A stretch of DNA of 64,000 nucleotides from Saprolegnia diclina VS20 (Eukaryota), in assembly GCF_000281045.1 (NCBI RefSeq), contig NW_008246071.1, forward strand, positions 66,350 through 130,349, in the 5' to 3' direction. Under the pieces are notes generated by a model. That model was not told the origin of the DNA. It was given only the letters and a program-made list of their open reading frames with translations, and did no database searches. Both the position numbers and the translations under genes were made by a program. Shown piece after piece: positions 39,287 to 56,010 of this stretch (its first letter is position 1; every line of letters begins with the position of its first letter).

Positions 39287-41061
39287 GCTCGCTCGACTTT
39301 GGAATGCAACCTCGGAAGATTGCCGATCTCCGCGATCGACCAATGACATGCAACTACTACTGTCCAAGCTCAACGATCCAAGCCAAGAAGGTTGGCCACC
39401 AGCGCGCTGCCCAAGATCGCGTTCAGGCAAGCGACATAGTGAAGCTGGCGCGGGTCTCGTTGCACGGAGAATGCCAAACAACGTTGGAAGAAGAAGATAT
39501 CGCCTCCACGTGGCAGCACCAGAAGCCAGGGATAGTAACTTGGAATTTCGACAACGTTGTACGATGTCATCCCATGCACGGTCGTTTGAACCTACTGGAG
39601 AGATTCTGTCGCTTCGATCAGGCGTCGCACCATGATCGACGTGGCGCCTTGTCCTTGGCGGCTTGCACGGCGACAGTGCTCTGACGTAGCAGCGTCCAAG
39701 CAGCCGTCGACGAGGACGCTGCAAGCGTGCCACTCTGGCCAACGACGAGCGACGACATCGAAGCAGCGCTCTGTTTACTGGGCCAAGGAACTCTCATCAT
39801 ACATGTATGTATATGGCGAAAGAGCGTGTTTCGACTGGCTGAGTGATCAATCGAAGAGTACCTTGTACGACTGCTACGGCAGCCCTTTCTATGTCTCGCG
39901 CGCAGGAGGTTATAGCAACAACTACGTCCGTCTCATCCTGAGCTTTGGATCAGGTGCAATAGAACGCACAGTCATAACCACGCAGCAGCACCCACGACGA
40001 CGGCCGACCCGTCGCTTGAGTCATCACCCAGTATGAACTGCAGCCATGGGATCCCACCCACGGTGATAGGGCTCCAAGCGCAGGCTGGCGCAGCTTGAGC
40101 ACGGCGTCTTTCTGCTGCTGAGAAGAGCGCCAAAGTGTTGCTCTCTCGAGACCAAGTGTACGTGTGCAGACGTGACGTGGTGCGCAGCCTCGAAAGAAGC
40201 GGAAGAATCAACGGAACTGTTGGACGACGCGAGGCTTCGTCGACAGGGAGGCGGCAGCGAAGACGCGGGTGTATGCAGCATCGGCACACGCACGCCACGA
40301 CAAGGAGAGTGGCACGATGGACGGCGATGGACCACCCGACAGCCGCATGACGCGTCTTTTTCGCTCCTCCCCAAGATGCACGTGGTCGAATCAAGTCCAT
40401 ATTAGGTAGGAGTCGCCACCCATTAACTGGATGCAAGATCATACCCGCGAGTAGCGGCGCTCGTTGACAGCGCTTTGCAGGCTGCAGCGTCCACGTCGCC
40501 GGCGTTGTTCTGTCGCGCCAAGTGCATTGTAGATGGTTTGCATCCGTCCATCACACCAGGTGGCGCCTACTCGGACAGATGCTGGGGTGTATGAGGCAGG
40601 CCATCTGATATCGACGTGCATGGGAAGGGGCGCTTTGTTGCATTGCGAGCATACAGTACGCTGCTACTCTTATACAGTGAACAGCAACGATGAGGAGGAG
40701 GTTGATCGTCGCCTGTCGGCGCCCCTCCTGCTGCTCGTGTCTCTGTCCAGCTACTGGCATGCTCATCGACCGGAGGCCCAAAGCGAACGATACGTCGAGC
40801 GGTCGTGTCGTCAAGGCCGTCGTGTCGGTAGTGTATGGAGGGTATGTTGATGGCTCGGTCGTCGCACTCGTCGGCGGCGGCGTTGGTGTCTCTTGCAATC
40901 GGACGGACAGACACCGTCGTTACTCGCTTCGGGATGCGGCCTGTGGTGGACGATGCGCCACCCGCTCGGCAATGCTCCCACTCTCTCGCGGACCGGCTGC
41001 GCGACCTGTTGGACGAAGTTGTGTAGCGGGTACGACGACGTCCTCCATTTCGCAATTGGCC

Positions 41062-41469
41062 ATGACCTCGACCAAGCAGCCCACGCGCCAGACGATCAAG
41101 CGCCGCAACGACCGCCGCCTCGCAGACGACAAGTTTGGCTTCCAGCGCTGCCGCTACAAGACAGGCACGTGCACGAACGAGCGGGCTCGCAAGCCCAACG
41201 ACATGTACCACTCGCTCTGCGAGAAGCACCGCCTCCTCCACAACTTTAACCAGCGCAACTTTGACCGCAAGAAGCGCGCAATCCGCAAGTTGCTCGAGGA
41301 AGAGGAGACGCCGTCGAGCCCGTCGTCGTCCTCGACGTCCACGTCGACCGACGACGACGACCTCGAGGTCGCGATCAAGCTCGAGCCGCTCATGTTTCCA
41401 CAGAGCCACGCCGTGGCGCCCCGCTGGACGGACGAGGACTTGTACATCCTCACGGCCTTCCTCAACTAG
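41062..41469 (+). CDS. Oomycete-type small Cys/His basic protein (putative zinc-binding transcription regulator family)
   Basis: CRYKTGTCTNERARKPNDMYHSLCEKHRLLHNFNQRNFDRKKR motif and C-terminal W..EDL.IL tail, recalled as a recurrent oomycete family. Confidence 0.65.
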   Translation: MTSTKQPTRQTIKRRNDRRLADDKFGFQRCRYKTGTCTNERARKPNDMYHSLCEKHRLLHNFNQRNFDRKKRAIRKLLEEEETPSSPSSSSTSTSTDDDDLEVAIKLEPLMFPQSHAVAPRWTDEDLYILTAFLN

Positions 41470-41819
41470 GACCATCACGGCCTTCGTACTGTAGTTTACC
41501 TATTTAATGCATCGCTTCCTTTCATAAAGCATGTCATGTCATCAACCGTGTTGCAGAGCCGCGTCGTCTACGTCGGTAGCCAAAGCTACTGTATGTGGCG
41601 ACAGACGACGGTGCCATCTAATCGGGCGCTGGAAGGGCCAAGCTGCTCGTTGTCCCATCGTGCTGGTGCGACCCAAGGCCCGTCCGGCAGTGCGCGTAAA
41701 CAAGAGGAAGCAGTAGGACGTCGTGCAAGGGGCATAGTTTATTCATGGAGCGTAGCTTTGAGAAGGCAGCGGGCGAGAAGGACGCTGGGCAAAAGCGTGG
41801 CTGGGGAGCGCTGGCGCGC

Positions 41820-42175
41820 CTACTCGTTGATGTACGTGGGGTAGATGAGCACGTGCCATTGGTGCATCCAGCAGCAGGCCCTAACACAGTCGCCATGAGG
41901 CCTCGCCGAGACCAGCGGCATGCACGCACCAGAACATCCATAGGCAGACGCCCGTCATGCCCGAGAAGAGGACAAAGATGCTACAGAGAAGGCTCATGAG
42001 CGCGGAGGCCATGGCGATGCACGTACGAAGCGTTCTCCTTGTCGACCTTGCCCGAGACGCGGGCGAAGATGCCGATGGCCATCGCGATGAGCGTGAGGAC
42101 GAGGTACGTGATGCTTCCGTTCACGAAGGGCTCGGGGAGGCCCGACGACGTGGCGGCGACGATCGGCGATGGCAT
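41820..42175 (-). CDS. VMA9: V-type proton ATPase V0 subunit e (3 exons)
   Basis: Spliced product ...TYLVLTLIAMAIGIFARVSGKVDKENASIFVLFSGMTGVCLWMFWACCWMHQWHVLIYPTYINE; two TM helices and C-x-W-x-x-W...Q-x-H-x-L-I-x-P motif. Confidence 0.8.
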
Positions 42176-42678
42176 GATGGGACTCGACGGAACGCTGACT
42201 GGGCAACTCGAAACCAATCTGCGCCTGCCCCTCCTTTATACACCCAACGGTCCTTCTATCCAGGTGTTGTGTCTTTGACTCTCCATTAAAAGCCAACATT
42301 TTGGCGAAGTCGATCGTTAAACCGAGGGAAAATAATTTAAAGGAACCGACTTGAACCCCACGGGCAATCTATTTCCGCTTGCGTATCCGGACATTCGGAC
42401 ATCCGGAAATCGAGGACCAAGCACGCACCCAACAACAACACCAGCTCCTACAAGGCGCCGCTGTGCACCTCCATCTTCCTAGCCTGGCCCGCCACAGCGT
42501 ACATGTACGGCTTGTTACGAGATTACTATTCAAATAGAATACTCAAGGTCCCTGCCAGCTTGCTTGGACCAAAACGTTGGGTGTTTTTAGCCCTCTGCCT
42601 CGAAGAAACCGTTTGTTCGAATTCCGATCCCAGCGCTTGCAGCTTCAACAAGAGTTTTCGCAGACTTCAACGCAGTCG

Positions 42679-44387
42679 ATGGCAACGCGAGCGCTCGAGA
42701 CGATTGCGCGCTGGGGTGACGCCAGCGAGGGCCCCACGATGGCCGTCAGCGACGCCCCGTTTGAGTGCAACCCGGCGCTCAATGCCAAGGTCGCGCTCTT
42801 GCGCCACGAGCTCTGGACGCTCGACGTTGACGCGATTGTCAACCCGACCAACGAGTCGCTCACGGACGCGTCCGGCATCTGCGGCAGCATCCTTGATGCA
42901 GCCGGCGACCAGATCTATGTCGAGTGCAATGCCAGCGATCCGTGCCGGACCGGCGACGCAGTCATGACGCGCGGGTGTCAATTGCCGGCCAAGTAGGCGT
43001 GCGCATTCTCGCTCGCTGCCCATACCTTTTGGATAGGAAGATCATCCACACGGTGGGCCCGCGCTACAACGCCAAGTACAAGGTTGCGGCCGAGAACGCA
43101 CTGCACGGCTGCTACCGCAATGCGCTGCGCGTCGCCAAGGAGGAGCGCGTGCGCTCAATCGCGTTCCCGCCCATCTACTCCAAGAAGAAGATGTACCCGC
43201 GCGACGACGCGACGCACGTTGCGCTGCGGACAGTGCGCCGCTTCTTGGAGCACTACGCCGACGACTTTGATTTGATTGTCTTTTGCGTCGACGACACGCA
43301 TGATATGCTACTGTATGCAACGCTGCTCCCGCTCTACTTTCCTCGGTCCATCGACGAGCTCGAGGCGTCGCGCGCGCAGTTTGCTGCCCACCGCGAGTGG
43401 ACGCTCGGCGACGCATTTGGCGAGCCGATCATTGAGGAGCGCAAGATCCGCATTGCGCCGACCGTCTGCCCTGACAACCAGCTCGAGACGAACCAGTCCC
43501 CCGGTACGAATGTCGCTGCAACGTACGCCGATCTCTTTCTCTAGTTGCGTTTACGCTCCTCGCCGACTCGTATGTGACCAAGGAGTTTTGCGCCATGACC
43601 GACAATCCGGACGACAACCGCATGGAACTGGTCCGGAGCATCCGCGCCAAGACGAGTGCGGCCTCGGAGAAGCAGCGCCTGTCGTATCAAACGGCCGTCG
43701 AGCAGGCGAGACATGAGGTCTCGATATGTCTTTATCAACGTCAAGGCGACGCATGAGATGGTAGGATTTCAGCGACATGGCCGAGCTCCAGCTCATCTAC
43801 AAGGCGGGCGTCGACCACGCGGGTGTCCCCGTCGTGCTTGTCGTCGGGCGAAACTTGCCCGCCCGCCACATTGACCTCGACCGCGTCCTTTTGTACGTGG
43901 TCCACGTCATGGACGGCCTCACCGACCGCGTTTACAACGTACGAACGTGCGGATGTACTTTGAAACTCATTGCTGCAGGTGGTGTACCTCCATGGCGGCG
44001 TCGACGAAGACAACCAGCCCAACACGTCGTGGCTCAAGACGCTCTTCAAGACCTTTTCGTCCAAGTGCATTCCGCTGCGAGTGCTCTCTTCTGACTGACG
44101 GCTCGGTAGGTACCGCGACAACCTCAAGACGTTCTACGTTGTCGAGCCCACCTTGTGGCTCAAGCTCGTCCTGTGGGTCGGCAAATCCTTCTCGAGTCGC
44201 ACGTTTGGCGCCAAAGTCGCGTTCCTCGATGCGCCGACCGACTTGCACCGCGTCGCACCGTCGCTCAAGCTGCCAGCCGGCTCGGCCACGTAGGTCGCTC
44301 GTTCACTGGAGCACTCGATTTACAGTCTCATATGGTAGATGCAACCAGCACGTAGTAGCGAGCAACCAAGACGACCACGAAGCGTAG
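42679..44387 (+). CDS. GDAP2: GDAP2-like Macro domain + CRAL-TRIO/BCH protein, multi-exon
   Basis: DVDAIVNPTNESL, CRTGDAVMTRGCQLPAK, IIHTVGPRY, AAENALHGCY, HVALRTVRRFLE; C-terminal GVDHAGVPVV..YRDNLKTFYVVEP. Confidence 0.88.
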
Positions 44388-44408
44388 TGCATGTATTCGC
44401 TAAGCGAC

Positions 44409-45922
44409 TTAGTGGTTGATGCGCTTGGAGACGTTCTCGACGAGCGAGATCGAGTGGTTGTCCGAGCCCGCAATGAGCTACAAAGCTCGTGAGACTGCAT
44501 CAGCAATACTGGCGCTTGGCGTACCGTGTCCGAGTCGCCGTCGACGTCGAGCGTGTTCCAGGCAGCGCAGCCACGGATGAGCGGCTCGACGACGAGCCCG
44601 TCGACGCGCGCGTGGGTCTGGTACTCGATCTACGCAAATTGGAAACTGAGCACGCGGCACGTACGGTGCCAAGCACCTTGTCGGTCGGCTTTTTCGAAGC
44701 GTGAAAGTCCCACACGTTGACCGTGTTGTCGTCGCTCGCCGTGTAGATGAAGCGCGGCGCCGACGGGTGGCACTGGATGCTGCGGACTAGGCAATGGCGT
44801 CAACAAGAGGGGTCGGATCGAGGCGTACTAGGCTTTTTGTGCTTGCGCTCGGAGCGCACAGCCCCGTTGGCGAGCATGCGTCGGTCCCAAATGCTCAGCC
44901 AGCCGTCGTGGCTGCCCGTCAGGAGCAGTTCGGGGCGCGTCGGGTGCGTGGCCAGACTCGTAAAAGCGCCATTGCCACTACACGCACGTCGTTTCCAGAC
45001 ACTGCACACTAGCCACCGTACTCGGCACAGGTCGCGATCGGAAAGTTGGCGTTCGTCTTGAGATCCCACAACTGCAACTGACCGCTGGGGTTGGAGCTAC
45101 GTAGGCTTGAGCGCCAAGGAGAAATCGGAGTGTCGTACCCTGCCATGGCGATGTACGTGTCGACGCCGAGCATCTTGACGTCGTGAATGGCCCAGCCGTC
45201 GACATCTACGCGATATGTGAGCCGCCAAGTTGACTTACGACCGACGCACCAATGACACGGATATCGTCGAGTCGGTTCAAGTTGGCCCACGCTGCTTGAC
45301 CGCACTCGGACGACGCCACGATCGAGGCCGTTGTCGTGTCCACGTCTAAGCTCGTGATGCTGCCTGCCGTGAGGTTTTCCCATTGCGGAATTGCCTACGA
45401 CCACGTAAGATCTCGAAAAGCCAACGAAATGTGAGCGTACGACGTGCTTGAGTGCAAGCGACGGGTCCGCCTTCACGATGTTTGTGCAGTAGATGCTGCC
45501 GTTGGAGCTGCCGCTAATGACAAAGTCCGAGTTGTTCAAGGACAAGAAGCCTAGCGACGTGACGTCGCCCTCGTGCTTCAAGGAGCAGAGCTCGACGATC
45601 TCGGTCTTGGACGACGCGCTACACCAGCCAGGCATGATCTCTCAGAGGTTGCAGGTCGGCCATGCGTACTGAAACTCATCGGCAAGGTCCATTTGGTCGG
45701 AGGTGGGCATTTGCGGAAAGAGCACCGTGAGCGCATTCTCCTAGCCGTCAAGGTCATGGCCGGCGATAGCAGCGGCGTGACGCCTACCTGCGAGTCGTAG
45801 CTGCCGGCGACGACCAGCGGCGACGCGTAGTCGTCTCCTTCGAGGCAGGCGGCGCCTTTCGCCCCGTGGAGGAACTTGACCGCGCGGACCTTGCGCCCGA
45901 CGTAGCTCATGTGGACCGTCAT
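44409..45922 (-). CDS. NUP43: WD40 repeat protein, nucleoporin NUP43-like, multi-exon
   Basis: N-terminal YVGRKVRAVKF; HEGDVTSL; HPTRPELLLTGSHDGWLSIWD; C-terminal LDVD..LIAGSDN. Confidence 0.62.
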
Positions 45923-46297
45923 CTTTGTATTGCTCCTGTTCATTCAAGAAGCGTGCATTAAATACAGGCCTCGCACTTGAAGCTTGTATATAATTTAATA
46001 CTTCCGGTGAAATCGATATGCCCAGCGATTGGCAGTATTTTAGCGTATTACATCCAATTGGAATGCAGGATTCGATTTTCCCACCTTGCGATCTTCAGGC
46101 AAGCCCGCGCAGGAACAATCACAGAAGCTTTGCCAAGGGCCGAGTGGTGCGGCCTCGTCCGAAGGCGGGTGGGACGAAGGACCATCATTAACTCGCTTCA
46201 ATGACCACCCACAACGAATGCAGGTCGTTTCAAAGTTACCACCATTGGTTTGGCGCCTTCGGTGCATTGCGCTGCAGGTTTGGCGACATCGAATCGG

Positions 46298-50483
<4,186 letters not shown>

Positions 50484-51201
50484 CAGCGCTTGACGCCCGA
50501 AGAGATCGCCCACCGCCAGCACATCAAGACCGACAACCGCGCGCGGCACTTTGATGTCGGCGACATGAACGAGCCGGGCTTGAGCTACGAGACGTCCAAC
50601 GCACAGGAAGACCCGACGGGCCAGCTGCACAAGTACACGGCCAAGCTCAACGTCGAGGCCAAGGGCATGCTCATGCGCACGTCCGCAACCTTTGGGTACG
50701 CCAAGCCCGTGCTTTCGACCTCGACCAAGGACGCGACGCAGTGGAGCCGGCCAGCGATGGACCGCGCGATCGCGATGCGCCAAGAGACGCGCAAGCTCAC
50801 GGGTGCGTTGTCCTTTCTGGGCTCGCCATTGTGACAAAAACGGGAATGTAGGTCCCAAAAAGTGCCCGTTTGAGTTTGGCGACGACGCAATTGAGTACGT
50901 CTCGACCGCCAAGGGAACCATGAACTTTGATCCGAAGGACGCCAAGTGCGCGGTCATGGCGGCCGAGGTCAAAGACGGTAGGCCATGGACAAAAAAGGGT
51001 ACTAGACGCAAATGTGGTAGAATTGCGCAAGTGCCATTTTGAGTTTGGGTGCGATGCGCGGTCGTACTCGACGTCGTCGAACGTGCCCGAGATCGACCCG
51101 GAGCTGTACCGGCAAATGGCGAAGAAGCAAGTGCCGCTCCATGACCCGCGCAAGAACAGCGTCTTCTTTTCCTAACTCAATCTCAATTGGTTGCATTGAT
51201 T

Positions 51202-52137
51202 TTAAAAAAGCGGGTAGCGTCGGTGCGCAAAGAGCTTCATAAAGATATACATGCCGAGGAAGACGACAAAGACGAGCGCGAGAAGCAGCAGCATCTTCCA
51301 CATCGTGAGCCCGTTGTTCAAATGCACCTCGAGCCGCGCGTTCTCCGAGTCGAGCTTGGCCAAGTTGGCCTGCGCGCGGTCGGCAACGCTGTTGATGAGC
51401 GCCGCGTCGTCTTGGAGCGACTCGTCGTAGCTGTGCGCGTACGCCTTCAAGTGCTGTGTCATTTGGTACATCTCGGCCTCCATCGCGTCCTTCTCTTCTT
51501 TCGACTGCTCGGCCGAGGCGCTGGCGCGCACGCCTCTCGTGCCCGCAATGCTACAGAAGGATCATGCATGACGAGGCGCCAGTGCATGCATGTACCCGAG
51601 CTTCTCGCGCATGTCCTTGAGCGAGGCCGTCGGCTGTTCCGGCATATGCGGCGTGGCGCCAAGGAGATCGTCCAAGTCCTCGATGAGATCGTTGGTGTCG
51701 TCCATGAGGCTGACGTTCTGCGCGTCCCAGCCACTCTGTACGTGCTCTTCCAGCTGCGACAAGATCGAGTCCACGTGGCTCTTTGTCGGCGGCTCGGCAG
51801 CGCGCTCGACCGCCTGGACGCGTCGTCGCCGCAGGACGTCTGGCGGCGGAAAGATTTGGTTCTCGTGGCGAAACTGGGGAGGGCAGAGACCGTGGAGATC
51901 GCCAAGAACGCCGACAAGCTCGTCGTACTCGGGCGTGCAGCTCAGGCTCGGATCCAGCTCCATGTGCTTGAGCGCAAACTCGACATTGCGGCAGTACTAC
52001 GTGCAGCGACTCGACATTGGCATGCAGAGAAGGCAGCGTACCGTGGCGACGGCCTCGCTCGAGGCGCAAGAGGCCGACGTGAGGAAGCGCCGGGACGCGG
52101 TCAGCAGGCGCCGCTGGCTCACGCGCTGTGACGTCAT
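51202..52137 (-). CDS. USE1: ER Qc-SNARE USE1-like, multi-exon
   Basis: SNARE-like EMYQMTQHLKAYAHSYDESLQDDAALINSV..NLAKLDSENARL followed by a C-terminal TM helix. Confidence 0.72.
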
Positions 52138-52405
52138 TATTGCCGCTTGCCAAACTGCCCCTTATGATATCCGGCCGCCGGATAATCGACGCTGAAGCTC
52201 AAACTCAAAACAAAATGCGCACGCTTCTGCATTAGTGCATGCCTTGCACCGAGCTCGAGCGCGACTCCAGACATTGCAGGCAGGGTAGAGTCGCAGCGAT
52301 GTCCATGCAAGCTACGGTGCTAGGCGCGTTGCGTCATCAGCATAAGCGTGGAAGGACTTGGCGGAAGAACTCTATTTCTCAAAAGACACTGCCTGGGATA
52401 GCTAA

Positions 52406-53320
52406 TTAGTTCTTGGCGTTGTAGGCCTTGGAGTCTTGGTTGAGAGGGTTCTGCGGCGACTTGCGCCACTACACAGGATCTAGTGTGAGTCAAAGTAGAG
52501 GACGAACGATACCATTTCGCTGAGACGCTGCTTGTACTGCGAGAGCTTCAAGCCCGGGTAGTCTTCCTTGAGCTGCGGCATCGTGACCTCTTCGAACGCC
52601 TTGTATGCCTGTAGGAAGAATAAGCATCGCTCGAGAGCGCAGCAGCTTCTTGTACCGCCTTGGCACGGCGCTCCGGGTGGCGCTCGTTGCCCTTGTCGTC
52701 CGTGCTGAGCAACGCGAGCGCGTCCTCCACCGAGGTCGCTATCATGCAATATAAGATCTCAAGCTCCTTGCAGTCAAGCGACGTACCTTCCAGAGCGTCC
52801 GAGACGTGGCGGTTCTTGTTTTCATGCAAGTCGATGTCGTCGTTGAAGACAATGTCGTGGCGACCGGCGGGGCGGGCTGGGGCAGGGTCGGCAATGACAC
52901 GCGGCGCCGGCGCAGGCTTGGCACGGCTACCCTTGTTGCTCTTCTTGCCCGTCGGCTCCAAAGCGAGTTCCCACGGCTTGTCCATGTCCTTCATGTTCTT
53001 CGTCTTGGCCTTGGCCTTGACGCCCGACAAGGCGGCTTCCTCTTCTTCCTGGAGACGCTTGAGCTCCGCCTTCTTCGCATCCGCTTGCTGGCGCTTGAGC
53101 TCCTCTTCCTGCTGGCGCTTCGAGCCGCGGGCATCAGCGCCTTGCGCCCACTCCACCGCCGCCGCAGCTTCGGCCTGGGCAGACTTCTTCTTGTTCTTCT
53201 CCGCGTCGTTGGCGGCCTACGCGTAGCCGACAGACAAGACGAGGACGAGACCATGCTGCGTACCTTGCGCTCGTTGGCGGCCGCAGCCTTCGAGTTCATG
53301 TTGCCCTTCTTCGGTCCCAT
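52406..53320 (-). CDS. CCDC124: Coiled-coil domain-containing protein 124 / Lso2 ribosome hibernation factor
   Basis: MGPKKGNMNSKAAAANERK; ERHPERRAKAAYKAFEEVTMPQLKEDYPGLKLSQYKQ..WRKSPQNPLNQ. Confidence 0.92.
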
Positions 53321-53386
53321 CGTTGCAGTCTCTTGCGTTTGGTGAAAATGCGCTAATTGCCATTGAAATTGCGTCTTATCGGGAAA

Positions 53387-53396
53387 TATCCGGATA
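53387..53396. promoter_or_regulatory. Palindromic TATCCGGATA, example of a recurrent candidate promoter motif
   Basis: About 70 bp upstream of the CCDC124 ATG; the same core recurs near other gene starts. Confidence 0.45.
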
Positions 53397-53666
53397 CGAG
53401 TTCTGCGTTGAGGTCAAAGACTAAAACCACTCAACTAGTCGATCTGCGATGCTGGCTGCAGCACAATCCATCGGCGCGACGACGCTGCAGCCACTCCGAC
53501 TAGCCTTGAGTCGACCTTCCTTTGCTGTAAATCTCGAGCATTTTCAAGGACCGACGCGGGCCGCATGCCACTAGCCAATCACGGTGGAGGGCGTGGTGGT
53601 GTGCGGCCAGCCAAGCTCTTTCCCACTTTGATGTATCCGGATCCGTCAACCTCGCCCAAGATTCGC

Positions 53667-54602
53667 ATGATCGCTGTGCGGGGGCTGCGGCAGAGCGAAG
53701 AGGACGCGTGGCTCGACCACGTCGCCGAGGTCTTCCGAAGCGGCGCGACGCGGGCATACTTTGCCTCGCACCTGCACAATGACGCGCGGGCGCTCGAGAG
53801 CTGGGACAACATTCTGGTCGCCATCGACAATGGTACCATCGCGGCTAGCGTCCGCGTTGTCCCTCGCTACCAGTACTGGAATGGCGCCGCAGTCGCCATG
53901 TCTGGCATTGCCGAAGTGTCCACCAAGGAGGCGTATCGCCGTCGCGGTCTGGCAGCTCAGCTCATGGAGGCCGCGATTGACGGCCCAATGGCGACCTCGC
54001 AGGTGTCCTGTCTCCATACGAGCTTTGAGCGCATTGGCCACATCTACGCTCGACATGGCTACGTCTCCATGCCGCACATCAAGATGCTAGTGCGCTCCAC
54101 TAGCGGCGTGCCGGCCTCGGTACGACTCGTTCCGCTGGACCTCGAGCGCGACTGCGACGCGTGTCTGCGTATCTACACGGTCTTCTCGTCGCGCTTCAGC
54201 GGTCCCGTCGCCCGCGACCGCGAGTACATCTTGCACTGGGTCCGAGCGCGTCATGCGCAAAAGTCTGTGCGCGCGATTGGAGCATGGCGCGACGCAGAGC
54301 TCCTCGGCTACGTCTTTGCGTGGTCCGAGCCGAGCGAGCGGGCGATTGAAGAGATATGCGTGGACCCGCTGCTGGCAACCACCGAACAAGCAGCGATTGC
54401 GAATGCGCTCCTGGCACATGCGACGTCACAGCCCGTGCTGGTGTCTGCGCCTGTCGTCGCAGCGTTGCACCTGAGTGCCGACGCTAGCGCTGAGGCTGTT
54501 TGCGACCACGGCTGGATGGCCCGTGTTCATCCGGCACTTGGTCTCGCACCGTTTCCAGCTGATCCGCACAACACAGTGTTTTGGGCCACCGACGATTTTT
54601 AG
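53667..54602 (+). CDS. GNAT-family (Eis-like, tandem GNAT) acetyltransferase, intronless
   Basis: GIAEVSTKEAYRRRGLAAQLM acetyl-CoA motif; IYARHGY; second GNAT-like half; C-terminal FWATDDF. Confidence 0.8.
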   Translation: MIAVRGLRQSEEDAWLDHVAEVFRSGATRAYFASHLHNDARALESWDNILVAIDNGTIAASVRVVPRYQYWNGAAVAMSGIAEVSTKEAYRRRGLAAQLMEAAIDGPMATSQVSCLHTSFERIGHIYARHGYVSMPHIKMLVRSTSGVPASVRLVPLDLERDCDACLRIYTVFSSRFSGPVARDREYILHWVRARHAQKSVRAIGAWRDAELLGYVFAWSEPSERAIEEICVDPLLATTEQAAIANALLAHATSQPVLVSAPVVAALHLSADASAEAVCDHGWMARVHPALGLAPFPADPHNTVFWATDDF

Positions 54603-54675
54603 TTGGCGCGTCAACTATTGTCTAATCGAGCTTCATTTTCTGAATAATCACTGGCACAGGATTGTGAAACTTCGC

Positions 54676-54789
54676 AGAACACGCCACGTCATGGAGTTGA
54701 ACTGACCGACATGTTGCGCCTTCGTTCGCTCGCAGATTGGAAGGAGAGAGGCCGACACACAGTGTTGTGGTTGGCTCTCCGCAAAATGC
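54676..54789 (+). repeat. Diverged ~115-bp direct repeat, copy A (partner 60546-60662)
   Basis: Shared blocks agaac..gccacgtcatggagtt(g/c)aactgac, cagattgg(a/g)aggagagagg, acacagtgttgtggt(t/g)ggctct, gcaa(a/c)atgc. Confidence 0.8.
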
Positions 54790-55228
54790 ATCAGGAGCCG
54801 CATGGTCGCGCCGAGTACATTTTCATTGACCAAAAAAGGACCAATCGGTTGTGTGTTTCCCGGCAATGACGACGCCATCCTCCATGGCCTCTTCCACGAC
54901 ATGCACTACGTCACGCGTGACGGCGTGCTTATCGTGCACCGCTGCGGCCTTCTCTTCGTCGCCCTTGGCTTGGGTACGTGACGCGCCTACCGTCAGCTAA
55001 CGGTGCGGCTAGGCCTGATTGCCTTTTGCGTCGCAGTAGCGGTGGTGGTGCTCACGGTGGCACACGTCGCTAGCGAAAGCGAGCCAACATAATTTACTTT
55101 TCAAATTTATTGGATTAATAATCCATGTATCAACCGATCGACCTCTCTGAATGCTGTAAGTCTAGATGCTGTGGCTTCAAAACTACCGAAAAGCAGCCGA
55201 CCGCAGTGGCGGTGGCGGACAATCACGA

Positions 55229-55968
55229 NNNNNNNNNNNNNNNNNNNNNNNNNNNNNNNNNNNNNNNNNNNNNNNNNNNNNNNNNNNNNNNNNNNNNNNN
55301 NNNNNNNNNNNNNNNNNNNNNNNNNNNNNNNNNNNNNNNNNNNNNNNNNNNNNNNNNNNNNNNNNNNNNNNNNNNNNNNNNNNNNNNNNNNNNNNNNNNN
55401 NNNNNNNNNNNNNNNNNNNNNNNNNNNNNNNNNNNNNNNNNNNNNNNNNNNNNNNNNNNNNNNNNNNNNNNNNNNNNNNNNNNNNNNNNNNNNNNNNNNN
55501 NNNNNNNNNNNNNNNNNNNNNNNNNNNNNNNNNNNNNNNNNNNNNNNNNNNNNNNNNNNNNNNNNNNNNNNNNNNNNNNNNNNNNNNNNNNNNNNNNNNN
55601 NNNNNNNNNNNNNNNNNNNNNNNNNNNNNNNNNNNNNNNNNNNNNNNNNNNNNNNNNNNNNNNNNNNNNNNNNNNNNNNNNNNNNNNNNNNNNNNNNNNN
55701 NNNNNNNNNNNNNNNNNNNNNNNNNNNNNNNNNNNNNNNNNNNNNNNNNNNNNNNNNNNNNNNNNNNNNNNNNNNNNNNNNNNNNNNNNNNNNNNNNNNN
55801 NNNNNNNNNNNNNNNNNNNNNNNNNNNNNNNNNNNNNNNNNNNNNNNNNNNNNNNNNNNNNNNNNNNNNNNNNNNNNNNNNNNNNNNNNNNNNNNNNNNN
55901 NNNNNNNNNNNNNNNNNNNNNNNNNNNNNNNNNNNNNNNNNNNNNNNNNNNNNNNNNNNNNNNNNNNN
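55229..55968. other. Assembly gap (N run)
   Basis: Run of N. Confidence 1.
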
Positions 55969-56010
55969 GACAGCTCACACGCGCGACAGACGCACACGGC
56001 GCCGTTGAAC

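Noticed and set aside
39300..41000. Short ORFs between ABCC copy 1 and the Cys/His gene
   Set aside because: Weak codon bias and no recognisable domain
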